From the NCBI GenBank assembly GCA_963665235.2, contig CAXXLX010000001.1:3776001-3840000 (forward strand): a stretch of DNA of 64,000 nucleotides, given 5' to 3'. This stretch comes from Candidatus Poribacteria bacterium. Its GTDB lineage: Bacteria > Poribacteria > WGA-4E > WGA-3G. The notes beneath the pieces are model-generated. The model searched no databases, was not told where the DNA came from, and worked only from the letters and a program-made list of their open reading frames with translations. Shown piece by piece: positions 51,813 to 61,693 of this stretch. The position numbers were made by a program, and so were the translations under genes. Each line of letters opens with the position of its first letter. The stretch's first letter is position 1.

Positions 51813-52598
51813 TTAGGAAACAGGTCCGCCAGGAGCGTTATCCGTGATTACCGTTAAATCGCGCATTCTCTCAAGGGCAAAGACACGAGTGGCCTGACGT
51901 AACTCACAAAATCCCTCAACACACAACGTCTCCCCAGATTCCCGGCTGTTCGGAATATTAAAGAGTCTCTCCGGTATAACCACACGCGTTCTATAGTTTT
52001 TGACACTCGGCTTTTTATAGTCAAAACGAATCTTCCGGTCGTTATCAATAGCATCCTGAATCTCTGTGACCTGTTCTGCAAACTCGGCTTGTGAGGGTTT
52101 TAGTTTGAATGTGCTGGCAGTATTTGCCGCCCCGTGGATTTCTACATGACACGGTGAACAAATCAGTTGCAAGTTGTCTAACTCGTTAGTCCCATCTTCA
52201 AACAGGGAATATTTATGAACTAAATAGAGCACCCCTTCATTGCCACATTCCGAACAGATTGCCCCATCTTGCTGGATCAGCTGCTGTTTTCTCTGTTCCC
52301 AATCGGGTGGGTACCCCCTAAATCGGTCATAGATAGCGGTCAATTCTGATATGACCCTACCCAATTCGGTGGTTAGACTTTTTCGTTCTATTTCATTCAG
52401 CACTTCAGTCTTTTCAGGGTTGAATGGAACAAATAACGACAAAATCAGCTGTGATTTCTGCACTCGTAGGATGGATTCAAGTTCATCTTTCCGCATTTGC
52501 AATGTGAGCAGACAAGGTTCGTGGAGAAAACGTCCATCGGAGAGCTCGATATCGTACTCGTAGTCGGCATAAGTTCTACATACGCTACAATAAGGCAT
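51813..52598 (-). CDS. Zn-finger + HNH-like nuclease + WYL domain protein
   Basis: CSVC..HEPC; YPPDW..CSECG..VH..GTNELDNL..CSPCH..H; AI...KIRFDY..RVVIP..GFCELRQATRVFALERM; AGGAG SD. Confidence 0.8.
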   Translation of the reverse strand: MPYCSVCRTYADYEYDIELSDGRFLHEPCLLTLQMRKDELESILRVQKSQLILSLFVPFNPEKTEVLNEIERKSLTTELGRVISELTAIYDRFRGYPPDWEQRKQQLIQQDGAICSECGNEGVLYLVHKYSLFEDGTNELDNLQLICSPCHVEIHGAANTASTFKLKPSQAEFAEQVTEIQDAIDNDRKIRFDYKKPSVKNYRTRVVIPERLFNIPNSRESGETLCVEGFCELRQATRVFALERMRDLTVITDNAPGGPVS

Positions 52599-52685
52599 TT
52601 TGTAGTCTCCTTTTCAGTAGGGTTGCTGATGACGTTCATCAATTGATTATATTCGGGTTGTCTGTTTCCTTAGGAGGTGCGGTGC

Positions 52686-52709
52686 GTAGGGGCGGGGTTT
52701 TCCCGCCCG
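52686..52709 (+). repeat. GTAG-type REP hairpin (inverted copy at about 41850-41872)
   Basis: gtaggggcggggttttcccgccc. Confidence 0.65.
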
Positions 52710-52814
52710 ATTTGAAAACCGTGTTTGAGGAACGGGATTGTAACCCGAATACTGATGTTCGCAGGCGTACTCTGATTAAATCATCAAAATCTTCGGATTG
52801 GAAACCCCCAGCAT

Positions 52815-53843
52815 TTATGCGGGGGAGGAAAATCCGCCTTTATAGTTGAAGTTCAAGCGTGTTAGCACTTGAAAATCTGTGCGTTTCACACCCGTTGTTA
52901 ATCGGTGTCCATCTAAACTATAGACAGAGAATAGGCCTTTAGCATTAACACCCGCCAGGCGTGTGAGTCCATATTTGTCGTGCTTTATCAATGTGTTTTT
53001 AACGAGGCCATCGCCTAATAAGGTGCCCCCATATCGCGGACGATTGCCACCTTTCTGCGGGTTTTGTCTGTGGAGTTCTCGCCTGCGTATCGGTATCGGT
53101 GAGATATAGAATATATCAGTATTGTCGGGTATCTCTAAACCGCCCACGGTGTGATATGCGAGGCACCAACTATCAACGCAATGTGCCTCAAAGGTTTCAG
53201 CTAACTTCTTTGACGACTTGTTGAGACCCAGACGCTCGCGTATCTCTTTGGTTTCAAACCCTTGTATCGTCAGGAGTTCCCATCGCTTTTCTACCTCTGA
53301 ATAGAACCAATGCTTGCCGACTTCCAAAGGACTAAAGGACTGATTCCACTGCTTTTGATACTGTTTTGTCTGCGCCTTAATATCCTCAACACAGACGTGT
53401 GTAACAGGATAGAGGTTAGACAACCAATCTAATATCCGAAGTTTCCAATCCCATCTCGCACGTGTGCCTGCGGGGATACGCTTCCGGTTCGACAGGTTGT
53501 GCTGTTTCTTTTTCCGATTCGGACATTTCCGTGTGCGTCTGCTTCTCCGCAACTTCCGACGCTTCTCGATTTTCTTTCCAACCTTGTTGTGCGCGTCTGC
53601 TTGCACATTCAGGTAGGTATGTGCCTCGCTCTTGACGGTAAAGCCTTCCTTCTTACTGCCAGGGTCTACGCCTACGCATATCTCTTGGAAGTATCTATCC
53701 GAAGGCTCGGCGTTAAGGCGCACACAAAAAACGCCATTCTTCCAAAAAGGTGTCGCTTTCTTGTCTTGTATCCACTTCCTTGCCCGCGAAGGCTTTGTTG
53801 GCATCAGTGGATTTTGGTTTTTGTCAACGACAGGAACAAACAT
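52815..53843 (-). CDS. isrB: IsrB OMEGA RNA-guided nickase (342 aa; PLMP, split RuvC, bridge helix, no HNH)
   Basis: PLMP, VGVDPG (RuvC-I), RRKLRRSRR, VEDI (RuvC-II), HCVD (RuvC-III); start MFVPVV at 53843. Confidence 0.9.
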   Translation of the reverse strand: MFVPVVDKNQNPLMPTKPSRARKWIQDKKATPFWKNGVFCVRLNAEPSDRYFQEICVGVDPGSKKEGFTVKSEAHTYLNVQADAHNKVGKKIEKRRKLRRSRRTRKCPNRKKKQHNLSNRKRIPAGTRARWDWKLRILDWLSNLYPVTHVCVEDIKAQTKQYQKQWNQSFSPLEVGKHWFYSEVEKRWELLTIQGFETKEIRERLGLNKSSKKLAETFEAHCVDSWCLAYHTVGGLEIPDNTDIFYISPIPIRRRELHRQNPQKGGNRPRYGGTLLGDGLVKNTLIKHDKYGLTRLAGVNAKGLFSVYSLDGHRLTTGVKRTDFQVLTRLNFNYKGGFSSPA

Positions 53844-54050
53844 AGTTTGTAATTCTCCGTAGAGTTTGTATTTCCCCATCCAGATCGGTATATCAGCGTT
53901 TACATCGGACTTGGGGAGCATCCGAAACACCGTTGTGTACCACCACAGATATACCGATATATTACTGTAGTGAAGATCTTAATCCTTGACAGGGAACGTG
54001 TGTGGCTACGCTTTGTCAAAGCACCCAAGCTTTAGCTGGGTGATCTTTAC
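53844..54050 (-). ncRNA. Putative omegaRNA scaffold; guide expected from the flank immediately 5' (about 54051-54070)
   Basis: Conserved blocks shared with 38701-38966; position upstream of isrB. Confidence 0.72.
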
Positions 54051-54434
54051 TATAATAATGCCTACTATAGTTTGGACAATTCCTATGAGATAGATGCCCC
54101 ATTCGCAAAGCATTGCTGATTTTTCTCAAAGTTTCTCACACACATACAACTAGGAGAAAAATAAACTCCAATGTACGAAAACGCAGTCCCAGCGGGGCGG
54201 TATGTTTATAGAATTATGAAATTGCCATTCGCGTAGATTATTACGCGAATGGCAATTTAGGTAAGATTCTACATAGAGAGAAGCATGAAAGGAAATGCTT
54301 CTCTTTATTATACATCCCAATAGAATTATACTACATCTTCCGCTAAAAAGCAAATAAAATTTTATGCGGAAGCGTGCAAAATCTTTTTCGTAGTCGGCTT
54401 CAGCGGGGTTTCTGATGACATTCACCGATTATAT

Positions 54435-55193
54435 TCAGGAAAGTCCATCCCAATATTTCCACATATCTTCAGGCGTTTCAAACTTAATCTCATCCAGGTC
54501 CTTTCTGCGATACCTGCCGATGAGTGCAATTCTGACGTTACGTCCACAGTTCATGCCAGCAGTGTGTGTCATCTGATGGTGCCAGAAACAGACATCGCCT
54601 GCGCCGCCTGTGAACTCATAACTCGGCCCCAAATCAAACGGAGCAACGCCACCCGGAAGACTATCCAAATCGTGATGTCTGAAGTATTCTGCCCAGATAC
54701 GGTGGCTTCCAGGCCAGATGGTAAACCCGCCGCCCTGTTCTTCAACCGTGTCCAGATAAACAGTTGCACCGAGTGTAAATGAACCGACAACCCCTTTAGG
54801 CACACCGTTATGTGGCGTGTGGTAACCATCGAGGTGTCCGAGCGGTTCACGCCATTCTCTGTCAGGGTCGGGAAAATTGATATGCGGGCCCGCACCGCCC
54901 CCCGTATGTAGCTTTTCCTCACCCACCATCTCCTCAGCCATAGCGAAGACGTTGTTTCCATAGATTGTGCCCCGTATAACATCCTCACCGCCGATAGGCG
55001 CGGTTCGATATCCCTTCCGTATCCAGGATTCGGGGTCGTTTCTATCTTCGTCGATGGATTCCCAGACCCTATCAAGCGCGGCATCTATCGCTTCCTGCGT
55101 AAGCGCACCACGCACAATTAGATAACCGTTCTCTTTAAAAAATTCTTTATCTGCATCCGTTAAATATAGCATAGTTTTCCACTCCTTTGGCAA
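54435..55193 (-). CDS. PhyH-family dioxygenase
   Basis: FFKENGYL, GHLD, WPGSH, GDVCFWH..H..N..R; start may be 55172. Confidence 0.88.
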   Translation of the reverse strand: MPKEWKTMLYLTDADKEFFKENGYLIVRGALTQEAIDAALDRVWESIDEDRNDPESWIRKGYRTAPIGGEDVIRGTIYGNNVFAMAEEMVGEEKLHTGGGAGPHINFPDPDREWREPLGHLDGYHTPHNGVPKGVVGSFTLGATVYLDTVEEQGGGFTIWPGSHRIWAEYFRHHDLDSLPGGVAPFDLGPSYEFTGGAGDVCFWHHQMTHTAGMNCGRNVRIALIGRYRRKDLDEIKFETPEDMWKYWDGLS

Positions 55194-56318
55194 TTAAGCA
55201 CTAACAACAAATCCGTTCTCTTCAACTGCTTTTTGATACGGGCCCTCGTCCAGACTCAATCCGAAACCGGGCAGGTTAGGAACATTCACGTAACCGTTGG
55301 AAATGGAATACGCTGAATCATCTACACCGGGCGTAGTGGCATGATCCCATTCAACAAACTCGAAACGTTCTACCTTCGCAGCGAGGTGCCCCGTAACAAA
55401 ATTACCGTAGTATCCCCCGTAATGATGTGGTGCCGTGCCGACGTTGACGGCATCCAATTCGGGGCCCAGTTCAAGCCAGCGAGAGAAACCGGGGTGAAAA
55501 ATATCGTATTGGACAATATCAATAAGACCGTTTTTTGCCCAGTTGATTAGGTGAGGGGATGCCCCCCCTTCACCATCAGCGATTTTAGTTTTAATTCCTT
55601 CAGCGTTCAGCCACTCCTTCAGGAGACTATAGACCCGTGCGTCTTCGTGGAAGGCTTCCTCCACCCAGTACACATTCGCATCGGCTGTTCCGCTCAATAC
55701 CTGCTTGGTAATGTTGAGATTGTAACCGTTGTTTGCATCTATTAGGATTGTAGCATCAGGTCCCACTGCGTCACGCACAGCATTTATAACATTAATATCA
55801 CGTTGCGTGCCTTTCTCAAGAGGCATGTGCATTGCCCCACGGCCCACCTTTATTTTGAAAGCGTTATGCCCGCGTGCTACCCCCTCAAGTGCCTCGGAGG
55901 CGATGAGCGCAGCAGCTTCCGCATTGTCATCGAGGTGTAGGTCGTCGATGTAAAGAGACGTATCGTAACACGGGGCTTTAAAGTCGGCATCTTCCCCGGC
56001 CAGCATTGCATAGACCGGTTTCTGTGCCAACTGTCCAACCAGATCCCAGAGTGGATATTCCATATATTGGAATTCCTCGGTTACGCCGTTTTCTTCATCA
56101 AACGCCTCGCTGAGTTGAAAACCGACAACGGTTTCCGCTCTATCACGTGAGAGCGACGAAAACCCGATACCGCTTACCCCATCAGCCGTTGTTATGCGTG
56201 CAATAGGGGGCCGTACATGTAACCCGTGTTCGCCAAGTCGCGAGTTGCACCCGGCTTTACGCGGACGTTCGCCTGTTAAACGTGCCCATTCAATTCGTTC
56301 TATCTTTACATTTTCCAA
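55194..56318 (-). CDS. Mandelate racemase/muconate lactonizing enzyme (enolase superfamily)
   Basis: LWDL.G...KPVY, FKIKVG, IDAN, WVEE, DGE, PGFG. Confidence 0.88.
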   Translation of the reverse strand: MENVKIERIEWARLTGERPRKAGCNSRLGEHGLHVRPPIARITTADGVSGIGFSSLSRDRAETVVGFQLSEAFDEENGVTEEFQYMEYPLWDLVGQLAQKPVYAMLAGEDADFKAPCYDTSLYIDDLHLDDNAEAAALIASEALEGVARGHNAFKIKVGRGAMHMPLEKGTQRDINVINAVRDAVGPDATILIDANNGYNLNITKQVLSGTADANVYWVEEAFHEDARVYSLLKEWLNAEGIKTKIADGEGGASPHLINWAKNGLIDIVQYDIFHPGFSRWLELGPELDAVNVGTAPHHYGGYYGNFVTGHLAAKVERFEFVEWDHATTPGVDDSAYSISNGYVNVPNLPGFGLSLDEGPYQKAVEENGFVVSA

Positions 56319-56333
56319 TATCTATCTCCTTAT

Positions 56334-56843
56334 CTACAATTGCGTTTGCAATAAGGCAATGCTTTTCGCATCCAATTTATTGTAATTCTCAATTTCGTAT
56401 CGGTTGCCATCAGCGTCCTTGATGAGAACTCGCCCATTTTCCAAAGTGACAATATCGTATCGGGTACGGATACCGAACTCTACATCGCCTTGGGTTGTTT
56501 CGACATTCCATGTCGTAACGCCGAATTGCCCCTCAAGCGAGTTGATTTTAGTAATTTTCGGCATAAAATACCGTTTTTGTAACTCCGCTGTAAGGACATC
56601 ACGAGATGCGGGGGCAAGTTTTTTCACATCCTCAACGATACCGAGCTCGTTTCCATCTTCATCCAACAAGGCAATGTACCGCATGGTCTCACTGATAGGA
56701 AAGCTGCGTACAGGTTGAACCTTTGTGTAGGTTGTTCCATCGGGCAGTCGCACAACAAGTTCTTCAAACGCATTCCGCGCGATGCTGAGCTCGTTCGCGT
56801 TGAGAAATTTTAATTCATCAGCGACCTGAATCGGTTCCTGCAT
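56334..56843 (-). CDS. DUF1854 domain protein
   Basis: PVRSFPIS, L.KRYFMPKI, W.VET..G, IKDADGNRY. Confidence 0.85.
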   Translation of the reverse strand: MQEPIQVADELKFLNANELSIARNAFEELVVRLPDGTTYTKVQPVRSFPISETMRYIALLDEDGNELGIVEDVKKLAPASRDVLTAELQKRYFMPKITKINSLEGQFGVTTWNVETTQGDVEFGIRTRYDIVTLENGRVLIKDADGNRYEIENYNKLDAKSIALLQTQL

Positions 56844-56875
56844 TAGATGATCTCCTTCAACATCAGATTGGGACG

Positions 56876-59374
56876 TTACCATGCACGAATTTTAGATAAT
56901 TCGGTCTGTTTTTGACACAGATTGGCATAAGTGCCATCTTTAGCGATTAGCTCCTCATGTGTTCCAATTTCGTCAACCTCCCCCTCTTTTAAAACAACGA
57001 GGCGATTGGCATATTTTAGGGTTGATAATCTATGGGCAATTGCGAACACCGTTCTGCCTTGAACGAGCCGCTCTAACGCCTCTTGGATTTTAGACTCTGT
57101 TTCCGTATCTATAGAGGAGGTGGCCTCATCAAGGATTAGGATACGTGGGTTTTTCAAAATGGCGCGAGCGATAGAGATACGTTGTCGTTCGCCACCCGAA
57201 ACGCGTGCCCCGCGTTCTCCAACCATGGTGTCGTAACCGTCAGGGAATTTGATAATAAAATCGTGGGCATTCGCAGCCTTCGCAGCAGCGATAATCTCTA
57301 AACGAGATGCCCCCGGTTTCGAGTACCCGATATTGTCAGCGATTGTACCCTCAAATAAAAACGGATCTTGTAGCACAACACCGACCTGTTGACGTAGTGC
57401 CTTAATCCGAATATCGCGGCTGTCGTGCCCATCTATTACAATCGTTCCTTGATTCGGATCATAGAAACGGGTGATGAGATTGACCAGTGTACTTTTTCCC
57501 GCACCACTATGTCCTACCAATCCTATCATTTCACCAGGCTGCACATCAAAACTTACACCGTTTAGCGCATATTTTTCGTTATCGTAAGTGAAATAGACAT
57601 CCTTAAATTCAATTGACCCCCTGATATTTGCTAACGCAACAGCCTCCCGTTTATCTGCAATAGTCGGAGGTGTATCCAAAATTTCAAATACACGTTCAGC
57701 AGAGGTGCCAGCTCGGATAAACCGTTCATTCATCTGACAGAGGGTACGCACGGGACCGAAGAATTGCATCATGTAGGATTGAAACATCACTAAAGTGCCA
57801 AGGGTTAAATTGCCTTGGAAGATATGCCAACCGCCAACTAACCAGATTATAATAGAACCGGAATAGGTAATAAATTGCATCACCGGATAATAGAGCGTCC
57901 CAAGTTTTGCAGCGTTCATTTCACCAGAAAATACCTGATGGGTTAGGTCACTAAATCGGCTAATCTCATACCGTTCCCGTGCAAATGCTTTGACAACTCT
58001 CACGCCGGGGATAGTACTTGCAAGAATCGTGCTAATTTTAGAGTAACGTTTCCACAAAACTTGATAGACTTTGCTCATCTTTTTGCCGAAAAGGATTGTA
58101 AAAAAGATAAGACACGGAATCGGAATTAGCGTCCATAACGCAAGCTGCCAGCTGAAGAGGAACATGATAACGCACATATTGATGAGCGTAAGCGAATCCC
58201 CTACAATGTCCTGCAACCCGTTCGCGATGAAGTCTCTGAGTCTGGACACATCGTGCGTAATTCTGGACATCAAATTACCGGTGTCGCGTTCATGGAAAAA
58301 GTCGATGGAGAGCGTGTTTAGATGTTCGTAGGTTTCGTTTTGGAGCCGTCGGGTGATATTTTGACCTACCCAGGCCATCATATATCCCCGAACAGAGGAA
58401 AGTGACATGGAAAAGACCCGAATCCCTGCCATGAGTAAAATAATCCATATTAAATGTCCAAAACTTCCACCGAGTGGCATGCTACCGACCCACCCACCTA
58501 ACGTATTGGCTATACCTTGCAGTTGTCCCCAAGATGTTTGCGGCAGGGGTTGGCCATTAGAAACAGCAGTACCGACCGGATCGAGAATATTGTCGATTAA
58601 CTCTCTGCTTAAAATAGGGGGAAGCACAGAAATAAAACGGATTACCAGCATCATGAGGAAAGCAGGAATCATGACATGTAAAAATGGGACCGCATATTTG
58701 AACAAGCGGAAAATGAGTTTGCTTTTTTGAACACAATTGACACAGACCCCCGACCAGCTCGGAATAGGTTCACCACACTTTTCACACCGACTCTTATCTC
58801 CACCCCGTTGTAATCCGGGCGTATTTCCCCTGCCGGGCCCTCGTCTACCGCGTCGTCCGCCAGGTCCGGGGCCACGATGCCTGCGTTCTTCTCCTGCACC
58901 GGCCCCGTTTAACGAAGATAATTTTTCTAATTCTGATACAGTCAGGTTGAATTTTGGCGTTAGTTTTTTAGAATAACGTGCCAGCTCACAAGCATTTTCC
59001 GATGTTATAACCTTGAGGATGTTATTGCCGTACATCTCAAGGATTTCAATGTCTTCAATAGCATCCAGAGACACTTCCGTGAGGTTATGTCCGAGAACAC
59101 CGTTCTGATTAAAAGCGAGGAGCCGTTTATCCGTAATTAATAACCAATCTTTTCCGTAGGTGCCATCAAAGCGCAGATCGGTTGAAACGGAGACTTTGAT
59201 TTCCTCCCCTCTTTCGAGCCGTTCTTGTGCCTGTTTTTCGAGCCGTTCAGGCATTTCTTCCTTCGTTGTGAGCTCGATATTCCCCTTTTTTCGGAAACGC
59301 GGTTTACCGCCAAAAGAGCTCATCCCCATCCGGCGCGAGCCCCCGCGTCTCGAACCTGACATCGGACCGTGCAT
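56876..59374 (-). CDS. ABC transporter fused permease/ATPase with N-terminal PH-like extension and Zn knuckle (DUF1854-associated type)
   Basis: CEKCG..CVNC; GHSGAGKS, SGGERQR, LDEATS, AHRLST. Confidence 0.92.
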   Translation of the reverse strand: MHGPMSGSRRGGSRRMGMSSFGGKPRFRKKGNIELTTKEEMPERLEKQAQERLERGEEIKVSVSTDLRFDGTYGKDWLLITDKRLLAFNQNGVLGHNLTEVSLDAIEDIEILEMYGNNILKVITSENACELARYSKKLTPKFNLTVSELEKLSSLNGAGAGEERRHRGPGPGGRRGRRGPGRGNTPGLQRGGDKSRCEKCGEPIPSWSGVCVNCVQKSKLIFRLFKYAVPFLHVMIPAFLMMLVIRFISVLPPILSRELIDNILDPVGTAVSNGQPLPQTSWGQLQGIANTLGGWVGSMPLGGSFGHLIWIILLMAGIRVFSMSLSSVRGYMMAWVGQNITRRLQNETYEHLNTLSIDFFHERDTGNLMSRITHDVSRLRDFIANGLQDIVGDSLTLINMCVIMFLFSWQLALWTLIPIPCLIFFTILFGKKMSKVYQVLWKRYSKISTILASTIPGVRVVKAFARERYEISRFSDLTHQVFSGEMNAAKLGTLYYPVMQFITYSGSIIIWLVGGWHIFQGNLTLGTLVMFQSYMMQFFGPVRTLCQMNERFIRAGTSAERVFEILDTPPTIADKREAVALANIRGSIEFKDVYFTYDNEKYALNGVSFDVQPGEMIGLVGHSGAGKSTLVNLITRFYDPNQGTIVIDGHDSRDIRIKALRQQVGVVLQDPFLFEGTIADNIGYSKPGASRLEIIAAAKAANAHDFIIKFPDGYDTMVGERGARVSGGERQRISIARAILKNPRILILDEATSSIDTETESKIQEALERLVQGRTVFAIAHRLSTLKYANRLVVLKEGEVDEIGTHEELIAKDGTYANLCQKQTELSKIRAW

Positions 59375-59500
59375 AACTTAAACTCCCCAAAATTAAATTA
59401 CATTTTCTGTTTAACGAATTTTTTGAAAAAAGGTTGATAAAATTTTTACCAATCACGGAAAATCACGAAACCTAAACTACACCCCTTGACAATTAGGATT

Positions 59501-59977
59501 GGGTGTGTAAAATTTTTGTACTTAAACGTGAGTTTGAAAATAAATGTCCGTTTTCACTAATCTCTATAAATATATCGTCCCTACGGGACTAGGGGTTGTC
59601 GAAACATCTGCTTCTATAAATATATCGTCCCTACGGGACTAGGGGTTGTCGAAACATCTGCTATAAATATATCGTCCCTACGGGACTAGGGGTTGTCGAA
59701 ACATCTGCTTCTATAAATATATCGTCCCTACGGGACTAGGGGTTGTCGAAACATCTTCTTCTATAAATATATCATCCCTACGGGACTAGGGGTTGTCGAA
59801 ACATCTGCTTCTATAAATATATCGTCCCTACGGGACTAGGGGTTGTCGAAACATCTTCTATAAATATATCGTCCCTACGGGACTAGGGGTTGTCGAAACA
59901 TCTACTTCTATAAATGTTACACTTTGTGTCAAAAGTGTAACATTTACACCGGTTTTGTACAAAAACTTTACACACCC
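59501..59977. mobile_element. MITE family E with exact 9-bp target duplication ATTAGGATT, containing a MITE B end and a tandem array
   Basis: TIRs at 59501 and 59957-59977; ATTAGGATT at 59492-59500 and 59978-59986. Confidence 0.88.
59564..59915 (+). repeat. Seven 47-50-bp units of the 28-bp hairpin repeat with linker ggggttgtcgaaacatctgctt
   Basis: Unit starts 59564, 59614, 59661, 59711, 59761, 59811, 59858. Confidence 0.93.
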
Positions 59978-60044
59978 ATTAGGATTTTATATGGTATATT
60001 AGCTTTAAGGTGTATTGCTCCGTAGAAAAAAACAGGAGGAAAAG

Positions 60045-61668
60045 ATGCGAAGTTTTGGTACCCGAGGTCGTGTGCGTCCTGAGCGGCATTATGTTGTTCC
60101 CCGGACGGCGGAAATCGCTGATTTCATTCGGCGCGTCAAAGAGGGGAGGTATATTGTGCTTTTCGCTCCACGCCAGACCGGCAAAACCACCTTTTTCCGA
60201 TTAGCACTCTCCGCACTCACCGCAGAAGATGCAACCTATTTGCCGATACAGTTGGATTTTCAATCGATGCGTAACTTCTCACCTGACATGTTTTATGAGC
60301 AGCTCACCGATAAGATTCGCTGGCAAATTGAAAACGTTTTTGAAAAACGCGGGGGCACACCTTCCGAGGCATTAGCGCAGTTTTTGGAAAACATAACGCT
60401 AACCGATAATTTTTCGATGATGATTTTTTTTGAAGACCTCATAGGTTTGTTGGACAGCGATGCACACGGGGGGGTATCTGCTTTCAAGCGGGTTGTGCTG
60501 CTAATTGACGAGTTTGATGGCATTCCTCGGACCGTCATAAGTGATTTTCTATACGCGTTCCGCTCTATTTACCTCTCTGATAATACGCGCTGTCCACACA
60601 GCATTGGACTTGTGGGAGTCAAGGACATCATGCAACTTGGTTACGACCCATCTGTTTCACCGTTCAATATCCAGGACGAGTTCAAGTTGCCGAACTTCAC
60701 CGTTGAACAGGTGGATGCGCTGTTTTCACAGTATACCGATGAAGTTGGGCAGGCACTCGCTCCGGAAGTCATTCATATCCTCCATAAACAGACTGCTGGG
60801 CAACCCTTCCTAGTCAATCGAATAGCACAAATACTCACAGAAGAATTGGACATCCCGAAAACGGAAAAACTGACAGTAGAACACTTCGCAAAAGCACACC
60901 GGAGACTCCTACGGGAACAGAACACCAATATAGACCATTTGAGAACCAATGTCCACAGAGATAGACGTTTTGAAAAAATACTGATGCGTATCACCTCTTA
61001 CGACAGAGGTTTGCGGTTCAACCCGGAGGATGCGCTCATGAATGAGTTGGTCACTTATGGTGTCATCGCAGAAGGCGCGGATGGTATGTGTGAAATCGTC
61101 AATCCGATTTATCAGCATCGCATTCTACAGATGTTCAAACCAACCTTTAACGGGCTTGAGGACACTTACTTCCCCGAGTCCCCCGAGGTAGATTTTATTG
61201 ATTACCTCACACCGGATGGTCAGTTAGAAATACGGGGCTACTTGATAACTTTATAACTTTAAGGATTTTATCGCCCGTGCGGGTTTTCGTATTCTGCAAG
61301 TCCCTGATACACCCCAAGAATATGTCGGTCAAAATCTGCTCTACGCGTATCTCGATCACTTTGTGCACGTCGTTGGGGCGGATATGTTTCTTGAGGTGCA
61401 AACCGGACGCGGCAGAATCGACCTGCTTATCCTCCACAAAGAGAAAAAATACATCATTGAAACAAAGATATGGGGCGGGGATAGGTATTATCAAGCAGGT
61501 AAAAAGCAGCTCGCTGCGTATCTTAAATTAGAGAATGCAACGGAAGGATATTATGTCGTCTTCGACCATCGAAACAAACCAGAGCCGCGTGTGGAAATAG
61601 AGACGATTGACGGTATGTCGATTCGGAGTTATGTCATACCTGTTGTGCAGGAACAACCCTCATCATAA
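60045..61668 (+). pseudogene. AAA-ATPase with C-terminal PD-(D/E)xK nuclease-like domain, frameshifted at about 61230-61260
   Basis: APRQTGKTT, LIDEFD, SPFNI, GQPFLVN; downstream GRIDL..IIETK..GKKQLAAY; coding continues in a shifted frame (FKDFIARAGFRILQ). Confidence 0.8.
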
Positions 61669-61693
61669 GCGTCAATTTAGGGATACCTGATTT

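Larger units (their letters stand above)
52785..54050 (-). mobile_element. IS200/IS605-type non-autonomous IsrB element (intact copy)
   Basis: End hairpins CACCCAGCTAAAGCTTGGGTG and CCCCCGCATAAATGCTGGGGG..CCGAAGATTTTG followed by ATGA; no tnpA. Confidence 0.85.

Noticed and set aside
52815-53930. IscB/Cas9-like double-strand nuclease, or start at 53930
   Set aside because: There is no HNH between RuvC-II and RuvC-III, so it is IsrB. The upstream extension overlaps the omegaRNA and the paralog starts at MFVPV.
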